Assembly (NCBI GenBank): GCA_951406725.2
Contig: OX597817.1
Location: 38,688,001-38,752,000 of the forward strand
From: Octopus vulgaris
Lineage: Eukaryota
Length of the DNA: 64,000 nucleotides
Direction of reading: 5' to 3'
The position numbers were made by a program, and so were the translations under genes. Within the stretch, counting starts at the first letter, position 1, and each line of letters begins with the position of its first letter. Below are positions 27,080 to 41,029 of this stretch, in pieces. The notes under the pieces were generated by a model, which was not told the origin of the DNA, ran no database searches, and was given only the letters and a program-made list of their open reading frames with translations.

Positions 27080-27080
<1 letters not shown>
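26921..27080 (+). mobile_element. Short Penelope-like element remnant in (TA)n with degenerate hammerhead-like motif
   Basis: cttttCTGTGGAagtgtgtaggctcGAAAtgttaaag; same layout as the 58448 hammerhead; (TA)n on both sides. Confidence 0.5.
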
Positions 27081-27128
<48 letters not shown>

Positions 27129-27819
27129 GTGGTTGAGAAGCAAGCCTCTTACCTCACAGCCATGCTTGCATCTATACAAGCTTCTTCCAGTTTCCATCTG
27201 TGAAATCCACTCAGAAAACTTCAGTTGCCATGGAGCTACAGTAGAAAACTAAGAAGCCACACGGTGTGGCTGAAACCAAAATTGATGTGGTTGGGAAACC
27301 AAACTTCTTATCTGCACAGCCATGCCTGTGCCTCTGAAGATTCAAATTAAGCAAAAACTAATTAATCTCTCTTTGTTTTTCTTACCTCTTCTGTTGAATG
27401 AAAGATGTAATGATAATTAGTAGAAGTCTCTTCTAGAACTGCACAGCACAATGTGTCATGCAGAAGTAGGTTGATTCACAGTATGATGAAGTATATGTAT
27501 TGGTCTACGGTGGGAGAACTATGTGTACTATAGTTAGTTTGAAGTTGGTTATTTGACTGAATTTTCTTGTTAATGAGTTGACATTTAAAAAACCCCTATT
27601 GGCTGACATTTAAAACCAGCCAAAAAAAAAAGAACTGACATCAGTTGTATAGTGTATGCATTGACATCAGCTCTATAGTGTCATCCTGCATGGCACTGAT
27701 AAGATGCTGCTCTGTTGGGGTATCAATAGCAAAAAAAAAAAAAAAAGTAAGAAAGGTTATATCAGATATATCATCATACTTCACTACCCATAATATAAGC
27801 CAAAGAGGGGCTCTCTGTA

Positions 27820-28000
27820 TGATTGCTTTATCTGCTAGAAATAGCTGTCAAATCTTTTACAAATCACATCCTTCTCTTTTGAAAAAAAAAATGATGAAAA
27901 GGAACATATTAAGCCATGTAATCCTAAATAATCCTAAAAAGACAGGATGGTCATTGTTGGAATGCCTTTGATCATAAGTTTGTTTAACTAGAGTTAAACA
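27820..28000 (+). repeat. Interspersed repeat family E (gctagaaatagcagccaaatc..aaatcacacc..ggaatgcctttgatcat..aaacaac)
   Basis: Related copies at about 5510, 10440(-), 22190(-), 24170(-), 30130, 40530, 42930-43320 (two in tandem), 44660, 52350(-), 52850(-) and 62010. Confidence 0.65.
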
Positions 28001-29030
28001 GCATTTACTAAATTCATTATTTTCAAAATTAACTAAAACAAAGAAAGTATATTTCAACAGAATGGGTAATAAAGTAAGGAAGTTTGCTTCTCAACAACTG
28101 AAAGAAGCCCACCTTATATGTATGTATAAATGTTTATATGTGCATGTGTGTATATGCGTTCATGTTTGTCTTGACATCCACACACATTATGTGTAAACAA
28201 ATTTCACTGTTATACAAATGGTGTCATTTATTTGCACTTTTCTGTAAAATTATATGTGGCAAATGTGTTGTTGATGTTGGAAGGACTAGGGGGAATATTA
28301 CCTTAGGACAGATGAGGTTTGGTGACAGGAAAAGCATCCAGCCATAGAAAATCTGCCGAAATGAATTTTCTTTAATCCATGCAAGCATCAAAAAGTGGAT
28401 GTTGGAACCACCATGATGACATAAATGGATCTCTGTAGGTTTTGACATACAGATTCTTTCGTGTGATCAACTGAATCTGTATGTAAGTGGTTGAGTATTC
28501 TACAGAAACATTTACTGTTAACATAATCTTCAAAATATCATGCAGGGAGACTGAACCAAGGACCTCACAACTGCAAACCAAACTTAACTATTCAGTTATG
28601 CTGCATCCACAAAGTACCTGTAATATCATGGTTAATTTATTTATTTTGGGTAGATCCAAGTCAAACCTCAAGACTTTTGGTATTGATGTGAGAGAAAAAT
28701 GCTGACAGAAAAGAAGTTCCTGAGAGTTCCAGAAGGTTCTAAAGGGCTGCAATTCCAAAAAAGAAAATACCAGATATTTTTCAGAAGATTGTAATAGTTT
28801 ATAGCTAACATGTTGTTTTTTTGTTTTTTTGTTTGTGGTGGCCGGGGGGGGGGCTATAAAAGAGTGCTATTATTAATTAATTTACAGGAAATACTTGCAA
28901 CAACTTTTGTTTTAATCCTTTGCAGTTGTTATCCATTTTTCTTCTTTTTATTTATTCAATAAAAACATTTTTATTAACTTCTGCCTTTAAGAATCTTAAT
29001 ATGAAATTGTTTTCTGCTTTTCCATTTCAG

Positions 29031-29083
29031 GTTCTGTGGATCCTTCCAACATTACTTTAGAGGGAGATGATGATGTATTTGAG
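29031..29083 (+). CDS. SPRED: SPRED internal coding exon (linker after EVH1): (G)SVDPSNITLEGDDDVFE
   Basis: Pyrimidine-rich acceptor tttctgcttttccatttcag|G and consensus donor GAG|gtaagt. The 53 nt are phase 1 in and phase 0 out. The peptide matches the SPRED2/fly Spred linker motif (GS...GDDDVF) and splices in frame to 31493. Confidence 0.9.
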
Positions 29084-30683
29084 GTAAGTTATCAGTCAAA
29101 ACAAGCTAGCCTAGCTGATCATTTTTGTAGATATTGAGGGTTTGGGTCTTCTTCAGTAGTAAGCATGGTCTTTAACCACCTGCTTTGAACCAGCTGTTGA
29201 ATCAGTGTGATCCAGAAGTGTGTGTACAGCCGAATTAGAAAATTAGTGCAGTTTCACGACTAGAGCTGGATGCTTTCATCAGTGATTCAGCACAATACCT
29301 GCGGCTGTAAATGAACTTATGACTGATTTTCTATAATTAAATTACTGTTAGCTTATTTGATGAAGTGAGCATTAAAAAGCTTACTCAAAATAATTATACT
29401 GTAATAGGCATGGCTGCATGGTTAAGAAGTTCATCTCACTAGCAGATGGTTTCAGGTTTTAGTCCCACTGTGTGGTACCTTAAGTATTTTGCACTACAGC
29501 CAGCCAATGCCACGTGAGGGAATTTGGTTGACAGAAACTGCAGGAAGACCAGTGTGTGTGCATGCACACACAAATGTGTATCAGTGATTATATATTCCAC
29601 ATTTATCCACTGATGTTGACATTCTTGTACACATTATGGCTGGTCACTTTGCATGTTTGAAGACCTGTGGAATAAAGAAATCCCTTACTTGAAAAAAAAA
29701 AAGAAACAGGCAGGAAGAACATCCAGCTGTAAGATAATCCTGCCTCAAATAAAATCTCATTCCAAAACCATGCTAACAGGTACAAATACTGTATGTTGCA
29801 TGGAATTTATTCTCCTGCATTGTACAAACTTGGAAATTGCCTTGTTGTACTGCTGACCACAGTAGTAACCAAGTACAGTATGTTCTGTCCCAGTGCAATA
29901 TGCTCAGCATTAGTATTTTGGTTAATGCAGCTGCTGCTGTTGTTATAAACTAAAGTTTTCTAAATTTTACCACTTCCAAGATCACATTAATCAATGTGCC
30001 CTTCTTTTTTAAGGCTTTTGTGAGTGAGTTGGCTGCTACTTGTAGCAGAGCATATGTTTGCATAGAACCTTACACATTGGCTCAAAGTGCATCAATATTT
30101 TACCCCAGCACCATATGAACCATCAAGGGAATTTTACATAGTTGCTTGACCTGCTAGAAATAGAAACTAAACCTCCAAATCATCCCCTATTTTGTTGTAT
30201 AAGGAAAGGCAACATTGACATACACCGTCTTAAATACTCATAAAAAAAAGTGAGATGATCATGGAATGCATTTAACCATTGCTTACTTAATTGGGGTTGC
30301 CCTATGACCTAACATCTATTAAATGTTTGTGTAAGTAAGTATTTAGTTGAATCTGTATACATTCTGAGTTCAAATCTTATTTTAGTTTGTTTTACCTTCT
30401 AATCTGTGTCTGTTATTCCATTAACTATATACCCTAAATACATGCATTTCATTATCCCTATTTGGCATGTGCAGTTGTGAGAAGACCTGCATGTTCAGTG
30501 TCATGACAATACTGTCAGTTATATTCCACTGTAAATTGCTCAGTGTTAAAGCACATAGGGAATCTTTTGATATCACAATAATGTTCTGCTGCTCTTAAAC
30601 TTTTCTGGTTTTATGCTTAGTAGAGGAGGCAATGAGAAATCATTCTTCTATGTGTGTGTGTGCATGCATGCATACATATATAA

Positions 30684-30727
<44 letters not shown>

Positions 30728-31492
30728 GTATATGTGTGTGTATATATACATACGCACACACATATATATATATGTATGGTAACAGTTAGGTCAAGAATAC
30801 TGAAATATGATGATGATATATACTGCATTGTTCTAAACAGTTTCTGACATCATCATCATCATCATCTGTTAATATCCATCTTTCATACTGCATTGTGCTC
30901 CAATGTTGTTGTTGACATACTTTTTACAACTGGATGCCGTTCCTAAAGCCAAACTCTTCACAGAGTGAACTGGGTGCATTTTTCATGACACCAGCACTAG
31001 TGAAGTTGCCATGCGACTCACAAGACTAAGTGCCACTTCATCTGAGTGGAACTACAGTGAAGAGGTTAAGCAGCTTTATATAATGTGATGAAAGGTATAA
31101 GGCATGAAGGAAGAGGTCAGAACTGGTTTCTTATTTTTGAGAAGCTGCATGGCTACTTGTATTATACAAGAGTGGGTGGAGGTAATTAAAGAAAGGTAAA
31201 GATGGTGATGTTAGGTGTTAGGAAGGGCACTGGGAGCAAAAGAACTGGATGGTTATATATGGAGTAGGGCAGGGGATGATTAAATTGAAGGATGAATGAG
31301 GATTGGACAAGAGATTTGATGGCACTTTGTAGAAAAGTTGAGGTGAAATTAGTGGGGATATATTTGTGTATTATTGTGGTTTTTTATTAAGGTTTTATGT
31401 TTTGTTGTGTTTGTTTTACTTTTAAATGCCTGTTGCTAATTTTTTCTTTTTTTTCTCTTTTTCTTCCACTGCATTGTTGAAACACTATGCAG

Positions 31493-32392
31493 CCTATAGA
31501 TCTTCCCCTTGACCGTAAAAACAGCTCATCTCAGTCTGCAAGTACCACATCAACAACAACTAGCAGTCCAGCACTCTGTTCATCACCTGTCTCATCAACA
31601 TCACCAACGCATGAGCATTTCATCGACTCAAATACGAAAAACCATTTGCATCACATTTACATACCTAGCCTCCACACCCCTTGTACAAATCCAGCTTCCT
31701 CTCCAAGTGAAGAAAAAAGCTTTAGCAAATCTGACAGCATTGAGACTAGCAGTTTTGGAAAAGATGATAACTGTATAAAAGATGAACCTGTCTCTATCAG
31801 TGGGAAATCGGAAGTTGCCCTTCTAGAGCCGGACAATGTTGGCATGTCGGACAGATACTCTTATGTCACGTTTTCCAAACACCAGAATCATGATTATCAC
31901 TATCCCAATCTTGAGATAGTTCGCCACCCTCCAGATCTCAAACGGCATGCTGTCAGTAGTTATGGTCCTCCATTGCCAGAGAAAAGCAAAAAGAAAAAAG
32001 ATCGCCAGAAAGGAAACCATCAATCAAACAGGCTTCTCAGCCCGATGTCCACCTGTAAATATTGTCAAGAGAATTTCTCAGTGGAAAACAACTCCAGAGG
32101 GAGCTGTCAGTATGCACCTGACCGAGTAAAGAGTTGCATTGAACATGTAAGCTGTGTCACGTGCGCAACTGGTGTTATCTATCACTGTATGTCAGACACA
32201 GAAGGGGAGTACACACATACATGCATTTGTGATTTTCAGGACGATAACAATTGTAAAAAATGGACAATGTTGACATTTCTGTCCTTTTTATTACCATGCA
32301 TCTGGTGCTATTGGCCTCTGTTTAGCTGCCATATGTGTGGCAAAAAGTCTGGCTGCTGTGGAGGTCGTCATCTTGCTGGTGGGGAGCATTGA
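31493..32392 (+). CDS. SPRED: SPRED terminal coding exon: S/T-rich linker, KBD-like YSYVTF..HDYHYP motif, Cys-rich Sprouty (SPR) domain
   Basis: The C-terminus CKYCQENF..NSRGSCQYAPD..SC..C..GVIYHCMSDTEGEY..C.C..C..W..L..LSFLLPCIWCYWPL..CH.CG...GCCGGRH is the SPRED-type SPR domain. Branch-like tgctaat (31434) and a long polypyrimidine tract precede the first AG at 31491-31492, so the ORF-track Met at 31487 is intronic. Confidence 0.95.
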   Translation, partial: PIDLPLDRKNSSSQSASTTSTTTSSPALCSSPVSSTSPTHEHFIDSNTKNHLHHIYIPSLHTPCTNPASSPSEEKSFSKSDSIETSSFGKDDNCIKDEPVSISGKSEVALLEPDNVGMSDRYSYVTFSKHQNHDYHYPNLEIVRHPPDLKRHAVSSYGPPLPEKSKKKKDRQKGNHQSNRLLSPMSTCKYCQENFSVENNSRGSCQYAPDRVKSCIEHVSCVTCATGVIYHCMSDTEGEYTHTCICDFQDDNNCKKWTMLTFLSFLLPCIWCYWPLFSCHMCGKKSGCCGGRHLAGGEH

Positions 32393-35300
32393 GAGTGGTT
32401 ACTGCTGTCACCACATTCTTGATACAGTGACAGCAGTAAGTTATACACTTGGGTGTAGGACATGCACTTGTGGAAATGATGTTAGCAGGTGGAATCAACA
32501 CTTGTTTAATGAAACAAAGACCACATAGAATGTGCTAATATATATATATATATATAAAATTACACACACATACATACAATGTTACAGAAAAGACGAAAAT
32601 AAAACAAAATATGGGATGATTTGAAAGTGTGAGAGAGAGCAAAAGAGAGAATTGAGTGAGGTGTGAGAAAAAGCGAGTAATTTTTTTACCTCCTCCATTT
32701 CTTAAGTTGAAGACAGAGAAGCATTTCCCCCCACCCCCAATAAATAAATAAATAAGTAACAGAGTAAAAGAAATAAAGATGATATTTGGTATGTAAAGAA
32801 ATGAAGAAGGTATTTTGGAATAAAATTGAATGAAATTACATGGTAGTGGATGTATAAGATTAATTTGAAAGAGTTAAGTAAAGAATATTATATTGAAAAG
32901 CAAGAGATGAAGCATAAAAACAAATATGTGTGTGTGCGTGCATGTGTGTGTGTATGTATGTGTGTGGTCTACAAATTATGAGAAAAATATGGATATGTAT
33001 ACATAAGGATATAACTGCATGTATATACACATACAAGCATACAAAAACACGCACTCTGCATATTTACAGATATAAATATGTATGTGCATATGTGTATGCG
33101 TGTGTTTATATATATATATATGCACACACGCATACACACACACATACTCACATACTTTTGTATATTCATTCACACGCACATATATATTTGTATATATGTT
33201 TTCTATGTGTGTGTGTGTGTATACACACACACACATATATACATGCATATATACATATATATGTATGTGTGTATATATGTACATGTATATACATACACAC
33301 ACACATATATATATATATATGCATACTTATATACATATTTGTGTATAAATATTTGTATATACATACATACACAGACATTTCTTACAAATACAAGTGTATA
33401 TTCATTTTAAACAATACAAAAGAATCACACATACCCACAAATACTCACGTTCATTATTTACATGCTTGTGTGTGGATATATATGCATTTAGATATGTATA
33501 CATATATTTCCTATATAGAAAATACACAGAACTGCATAAATTTGAAATCTTGTTATGCATCTTACTTTCTAAATTTATATATATATACAGTTACATATTA
33601 AATTCACAAGTACCAAGAAAGGTAACTTTGTTTTACTTGACATTGATATTATTGGAACTCTTCTCTGTGAAGACAAGATTTAGTATGTGGTGTTCCTGAG
33701 AAGGGAAAAAAATAAAGTTCATGTTTGAGTTTAACAAGTGTAGCACTTTGCAGTTTTCATTTTTGTTTGGGTCTTTGCTCTAAATGGCTTGGAGAGGAAT
33801 AGAATTCAGGCAATAACACTTTCATTGTTCACTTTGATTTGTCTGAACTTCGCTTTCATTTCACCCAAAATTTCTTTCATTAACTTGACCATATCATCTT
33901 GTAATCAAAGCAAGTAAACTTTTTTTTTGTCAGGTCTATCCTCTCCCAGTCACTTTATAGCAAAGCCTTTGTGAAGAGGTGTAGATAATTTATTTTTTTA
34001 TGTTATTAGATACTAACTCATTCATTCTAAAATCTTAGTAATATATTGATCACTATAAACGCTTGAAACAAACAGTCATTATTATTCTGTGAAGTCTAGC
34101 TGTAACTGCTAGAATCAGATGGGAAGATTTTGGACCTGTGGATAGTGCCAAAGGGAATATCAGAGTACTTATACACTCTCATCTGCCTTCTATAGAATTT
34201 TTCCTATAGTTTTGAGAATCTGATGATTTCAGATATAAACTTATCACCTGCAATATACAGATGATTTGACAGTTTCATCCTTTGATCAATGGAAAAGAAG
34301 TCAGCTTTGGCACACTGGTGGATTGATTTCAAACGATGAAAGATGAATTGTACCTAACGTACTAAAGAAACTCATTTTCAGAATTCTTGTACGAAAATAC
34401 AATAACTAACTACTTAGTATAAATATCTCTTTCAATGCTAATAAAATATTATATTATAAATCATATACAGTTCATTCCTACCTAGTGTAGTACACACAGT
34501 AAGTTAAAATGAAAACTCATTTGGAGAGCCTATCAATGTTATCCTAGCATTTATATTCTCAATTTTCTTGCATAGACATATGTCAGTTTAGATAACTACT
34601 AATGTTTTAGATAATTGATGGTGATTAAAAGAAACAATTGCTGATTAAAAATGAAAAACAAAAGAAACACATTCTAAAGAATTGGTAACTAGTTAAGATT
34701 AAGTTACGTTTGAAATCTTAGATAAATTTATGTTGTGAAATATTTATTCAGAATAAAGCCTTCAAGTGCTTGGATTCCTTTTCCCAATCAATAGAAATTT
34801 TGACTGGTAAAGACCATTGTTCCAAATCTGATTTTAATTCATATTTTTTCTTTCGACATAGATTTACAATTTTAGTATCATCTGTTTCTTATTATTACAT
34901 GATTGACATAACATACTCAGTATTATATCTAAGTATATACATTGGCACATACATGCATACAAATATTTGTGTGTATGTTTGTGTTTGTATTTCTCCCCAA
35001 CCACTTGACAACCGGTGTTGGTTTGTCTACATTCCCATAAGTTAGTATTTCAGCAAAAGGTGACCAATAGAATAAGTACTAGGTTTTAAAAAATATAACT
35101 AATGTGGTCAATTTGTTCAATAAGACCCTTCAAGATGGTGCCCCAACCTGACTGCAGTCCAATAACTGAAAAAGGTAAAAGATTATATATATAAATATAT
35201 CTAGATAGATAGATAAATGCATATATATATATATGCATGTGTGTATCCTATTATATTTTTTTAATTATATACTTGTGTATGAGTGCAAATGTTTATGATT

Positions 35301-38150
35301 ATGATATATATATATATTGTAATATTGATATGTATTGATATGTCTGAATCAAAAAGTGTATACATACAGACATATGTTTATGATAATTTGTATACATTTA
35401 TACTTAGAAGTGTGTATGTGGGTGTAAAGAAATGAAACACAGTATGCCATCTATCCATATTTATCTTTACCCTGTCTACTTCTTGCATCCAAATCTGTTC
35501 TCAGTTTAAAGTTAAGAGTTCACTGCATTGTACTATTATCTGAACATCAATGCACTTGACTCGAGTCTCCAGATTCTGTCCATAAATGAACATATGGAAA
35601 TCCTTCTTTTTAACAGCAGTTTCTTCAAGTTCCTGTACTTTTTTCAGTCTTTCCCATGAACCTCTCTATACATTTATCAAATAATCTGTCCAGACATTTA
35701 TGCTGACATGCATGCACACACAACACATGCCCACATATTCATGTACACACACTCATGCAAACTCAAGTATACGGTGCTCACTTATTGAAGTTCACATAAG
35801 AATGCTATGATCTGTATTGACTTGTTGATTGAAAGCGTGGGAAAATTAAATGAAATTTAATAATTGAACAATTAAAATTAATTAATTGAGTTTGGTCATC
35901 AAATTCAAAGTTAAATTATAATGAATTAATGTCAGAGGACAACTCCTAGGGCGTTTTTAAAAAAAATTTGAAACAATATTCTCTGTCATGTGGAAACAAT
36001 ATTCTCAGTAGGTCATTCCTTGTTATTTGAAAATTGAAAAGAACAACAAAAACAAAAAACTAAAAGATCTCATGAATTGGTGCCCACTAAGTGCCTTTTG
36101 TATTTCAATTTTCCTACCGTTTCTCCTTGTCATTGAGTTACTGATCAATAAGGAAAATGAGATTATCAAATGCTCCTGAAATAAGCTGGTAATTTTGCAA
36201 TACTAAGTTAATGTTACTATTTACTTTTATTCATAGCAATAATAATTTGTACCATTATTATTACTATTATCATAACCATCCTCATTTAGTTCAATAGTCT
36301 CTGTCTTTTGAGACTTATCCAAGCTGAATCTAGAAGATGATCCGTTTAGGTTGATTTTTGGTAATCACTTTCAAAATTTCATTTAGGTTGAAAACCAGAT
36401 TCATTAGTCTTGCTAAGCCATGTCTTGTGTGTAGACCTCACTCTAGCTGGGTCATGTCCACTCACATTGATTGATTAGTTTTTCAAGCTGATCATGCCTG
36501 ACTATAAGTCAAATGATATACTCTAACTGGGTCATGTCTACCCATACTGGTAGATTAATTACTCCAGATGGGTTATGTTTTATCCATAAGTTAGATCAAT
36601 TACACAAGCTGAGTCATGTCTATCCATCTTGATACATAATATCAATATATACACATACAGGCTGTTAGTCTCTTTCCTTTATATTTTAAAGCAGTTAATT
36701 TCAATAGAAGTTGTGCCAAATATCCAGTGTTACAGCAACACCATTTTTTTTTCATTCATAACATCCAAAGGCATTAATTAGAAGGAATATTATTCTTTGC
36801 CATAGACTTGTAATAATTAAGTCCTTCATATTTTTCTCTACCATATTTCAGTTTGAAAACTTGCATTTCATAATTTCTATTTTTTTTCTAATTTCTTTCA
36901 TTAGTATATATAATTCCTTGCTATTTCAGTACCATTTTGTATATGTAGATATTTCCACAAAATATGGCCCCTCTCAATATCTAAACTCAAGTGAACATAC
37001 TATTTGATTAAAGGAACTTTTTTCCCCCTCTTTGAGAACATCATGTTCAAAGAGCTTGCTAATGAACAATTTAATTCTAAGACTTTGGTCCATTTCCATT
37101 GACAAAAAGAAAAAGATCAATATTGTAATGACCACCATCATCATCGTCATCATCATCATTATTACTATTATTATTATCAGCATTATATTTTTTAAATTAT
37201 TTATTAATTTTTGCTTCCATAGAATTATTTGATATTTGCCACTTGACAAATTTTCAGAAAGACAATGTAAATGCGATAAACTATTCTTTAGGAGTACAAT
37301 TCCCACCAAGATTGATTTTGAGCAAGGAAACACTGTCGTAGCATTAAAGAATCCTTTATTTGTTTTTGTTTATACATAGCACTACTTATATTTTATTAGT
37401 TTCTACTTAGAAAACTTGTGAACATGTCAAAAATATCCCTTGCATACATGAGAACTTATTGTCTACTCCTGCCAACCTTGTCAAAATTTACCACACTATA
37501 TTTACCTACACAGATATTCTTTTCACTCTCTTAGCTTACTTTGAGTTTTTAAAGTTTTTTTTTCTTTTCTTCATTGAAGATTATAGCATAATTGCTGATT
37601 TACTGTGCTCATTAGTGTATGAACTATGACTGGCTCTGTGTGTGTATGTGTGTGTGTGGTATGTTTTCATGTAGCTATTGTCACAGAACATTGAGCTTAA
37701 CCATCCATTAGCCAAATGTCATTTTGCAGTGGTGAGACAGGTGTACAAACAATAACAGCACTATTATTTTTAACTGAGGAAGATCAATGTCTAGTGGTAT
37801 GGTTTCCATGACAATCAAATTTCCTCTCAGATCTACTTTATTGCTCATTTTAAACAGAATATGTTTCTAAATGAGTTTCTTCTAACTTAACCCCTTCTTG
37901 ATTTGAATTCAGTCTTCTCTGTTAATGAATTTTTTATTTGGTGTATGATCATTTCTATAGTAGTCTGTGTTTACCCATGGTACCTAATTTCACTTGGGTG
38001 GATTAAGCTCTGGCAGAGTTCAGTGCCTTGCCTAAATGACACATGAGTGCAGTTCAGTACCAGTGTTAGGATACGAACTCATAACCTTTCAACTGAGAGA
38101 CTGACATCTTATCTATTACTTGACTGTTATAACACTTTGTGTGCCTGTGT

Positions 38151-38187
<37 letters not shown>

Positions 38188-39200
38188 GTATATATATATA
38201 TATATATACACACATACACATATATAATATATAAGTAAGGCAGTATTTAGACATTGATATAATACTAAGTACTACTAGACTTATGAAACTCCTGGTTTAT
38301 ATATATGTGTGTGTGTGTGTGTGTGGATATGTATGTATATACTAAGATTGTAAAAAAAATCAAAGATGTGAAATTGACTGCTTATGTTAAATGTAGGCAT
38401 TCATTAGTGACAGCGACAGACATATATATAACAAATACAGAAGCAAATGATACGAATGCCATTTGAATTATTGTTTCCAGGCACCTCACAAATATATACA
38501 TATTTAAGATATATTAAATATATATATATATATGTATAGACAGATGTGTGTGTGTGTATATATATGTATGTATATATGTGTATGTATGTATGTGTGTGTA
38601 TACAGGTGTTATGTAATCTGAGATTTAAGATTATATGGTTTTCAAAGTTGACCAAAGGTCAGTATTTGAAACAGATATATGGAGATCAACTGTCTCACTG
38701 GAACAACAATTACTACTACTCCTACAACTACTACTACTAATTTCAATTAGAGGAAAATTATTCAAGTGAATTTGGGTGTTTTCAAGTGAGATTGAATGAA
38801 TCCCATAGAATGCAAGAGATGGAATGAAATTTTGAAAGACATTTTTTTTTTTCTATTTTCAAGAGAAAAAAAGAAACCAGAATTATATATATATTAATGA
38901 AAACTCTGTCAAAATAAGAAGAGGGTAAAGATGAAATGGAATGTGCTCAAAAAGAAAGAAAAAAATATTTTACCCTTACCTTTGAATTGATTTTTTTCAA
39001 TTCAGAAATAATAAAAGATTGCTGGGTTTCCTATGATATGATATGGTATTATTTGAATATTATGGAAAAAGAAATAATGAAATAAAGACATTTTTTTTTT
39101 TTAATTTGTAGCAAAAATCATATGCTGTTGTTAGCTACAAAAATAAAGAAAAACACGTGAAGGACATGTTGGATTTAATAAAGTTTAAAAGTTGTCAAGA
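32393..39200 (+). other. Putative SPRED 3' UTR region (end uncertain)
   Basis: Follows the TGA stop; TE-poor and CpG-depleted. AATAAA hexamers at 32598, 32739 and clustered at 39010-39182. The true end cannot be fixed from sequence. Confidence 0.4.
36400..36635. repeat. Degenerate ~40-bp tandem repeat (about 6 units)
   Basis: Core ctgggtcatgtc variants at 36413, 36447, 36488, 36527, 36568 and 36609. Confidence 0.75.
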
Positions 39201-39404
39201 ATATTAAAAAAAATATAAAAAGTAAAAAAATGACAAAACAAGGAAAAAACAATGACATTTAACAGACTCATATAAAAGGACAAAAAAATTTAAAATTTGT
39301 AAAAAAAAAATTTAAAAACCCCTAAAAAAATATGGAAAGAAAAAATTAAGAAATACTTAATGTAAAGAAAGAACAGCAGTGAGCTGTTAAGTGATTTGCT
39401 CTCA

Positions 39405-39719
39405 TTTATATATATAAATAATATATATGTATATATATATGCATATATATATAATATATATATATATATATGTATATGTATGTATATATGTAATATAAAT
39501 ATATATATATGTATATGTATGTATATATGTAATATAAATATATATATATGTATATGTAATATACATATATATATGTATGTATATATGTAATATATATATA
39601 TGTAATATAAATATGTATAATATATATATATGTATAATATATATATGTGTGTGTATGTATATGTGTATATATATGTATTTGTATGTATATATATGTATGC
39701 ATATATGTATATGTGTATA

Positions 39720-39755
<36 letters not shown>

Positions 39756-39852
39756 CATGTGTATATATATATGTTTATATACATTTGTTTATATATATAT
39801 ATATGTGTGTGTACATATATGTATATAAGTGTGTATATATATATATATATAT
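39405..39852. repeat. Compound (TA)n/(TATG)n microsatellite
   Basis: Directly visible. Confidence 0.95.
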
Positions 39853-40649
39853 TCAATGATATACATATGTAGAATGCATGCATACACACACTTATATGAA
39901 GTTTTTTTTATAAGCTAAGATTTATATATATATATATGAAATTTGAAGCGCATGTAAAGGAACACCTGTGTTTCTTAAATGTTCTTTGTGCTTTAATTTT
40001 CATGTGTATGTGAGTGGCTGTGTATGCATATGTGTGTGTGTGCGTTTATGTTAATAGATATAGCTATGTATATATGCATAGATACGGAGATAAATGTATA
40101 TAAATATGTATATATATATGTGTGTGTGTATGTGTGTACAGATTTTTATACATATAGATGTGTGTGTATGTATGGTTCTTTATGTATGTATATATTTATA
40201 TATATATATGTATATGTATGTATATATTTATATATGAGAGGAAGAGAACTACTAAATGGCCCATCCTTCTTAGTTGTAAACTTTGGTTAATTAATCAGTT
40301 GACTATTAAAACTAATTGATTAATTTTTGGATTTTTATATGTTTTCTTTCTTATATATATATCGTGATTAATCACTTTCTTCTCTTCACAATCTCATTAT
40401 TTGAATTACAGCAAATGGTTTCTAACATTGCTGTTTGGCTCATTATATGGAGTGGTTTATAACATAGCTCTTTCTTAACAGATTCCTTCTCACACTTATT
40501 TACACCAATAACTGGAGCTAATCTGCAAGCCTTCCCCTGCTGGAAATAGCAGTTCAATCTCTTTTACAAATTACACCCTCGCTGTTTTGATGTTGCTTAG
40601 AATCTTTTTGATCATATGGTTAACCTGAGGCTACACAACAATACAACTT

Positions 40650-40998
40650 CGTCCTTTCAGGGTCAATAAAATAAGTCCCAGTTGAACACTGGGGCCAATG
40701 TAATCAACTTACCCTCTGCCCTGAAATTGCTGGCCTTGTGTCAAAATTTTGAAAACCAATATTTCTACCATCATCAGAGCAGTGAGCTTGCAGAATTGTT
40801 AGCATGCTGGGCAAAATACTTAGAGCCATTTTGTCTGTCTTTACTTTCTGAGTTCAAGTACTACTGAGGTTGACTTTACATTTCATCCTTTCAGGGTCAA
40901 TAAAATAGGCATCAGTTAAGCCCTGGAAGTGATGTAATCGACTCGCTCTCTCTCCCAAAATTGGTGGCCTTGTACCAAAATTTGAAATTATTATTATG

Positions 40999-41029
<31 letters not shown>

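Noticed and set aside
31487-31492. ATG start of a 301-aa single-exon Sprouty-like gene
   Set aside because: ATGCAG is the splice acceptor after a long polypyrimidine tract; the upstream exon supplies the conserved DDDVF motif, and the SPR domain is SPRED-type.
36400-36635. CRISPR-like repeat/spacer pattern (also 42090-42660)
   Set aside because: Eukaryotic context, degenerate repeats, spacers related to each other, no cas genes.
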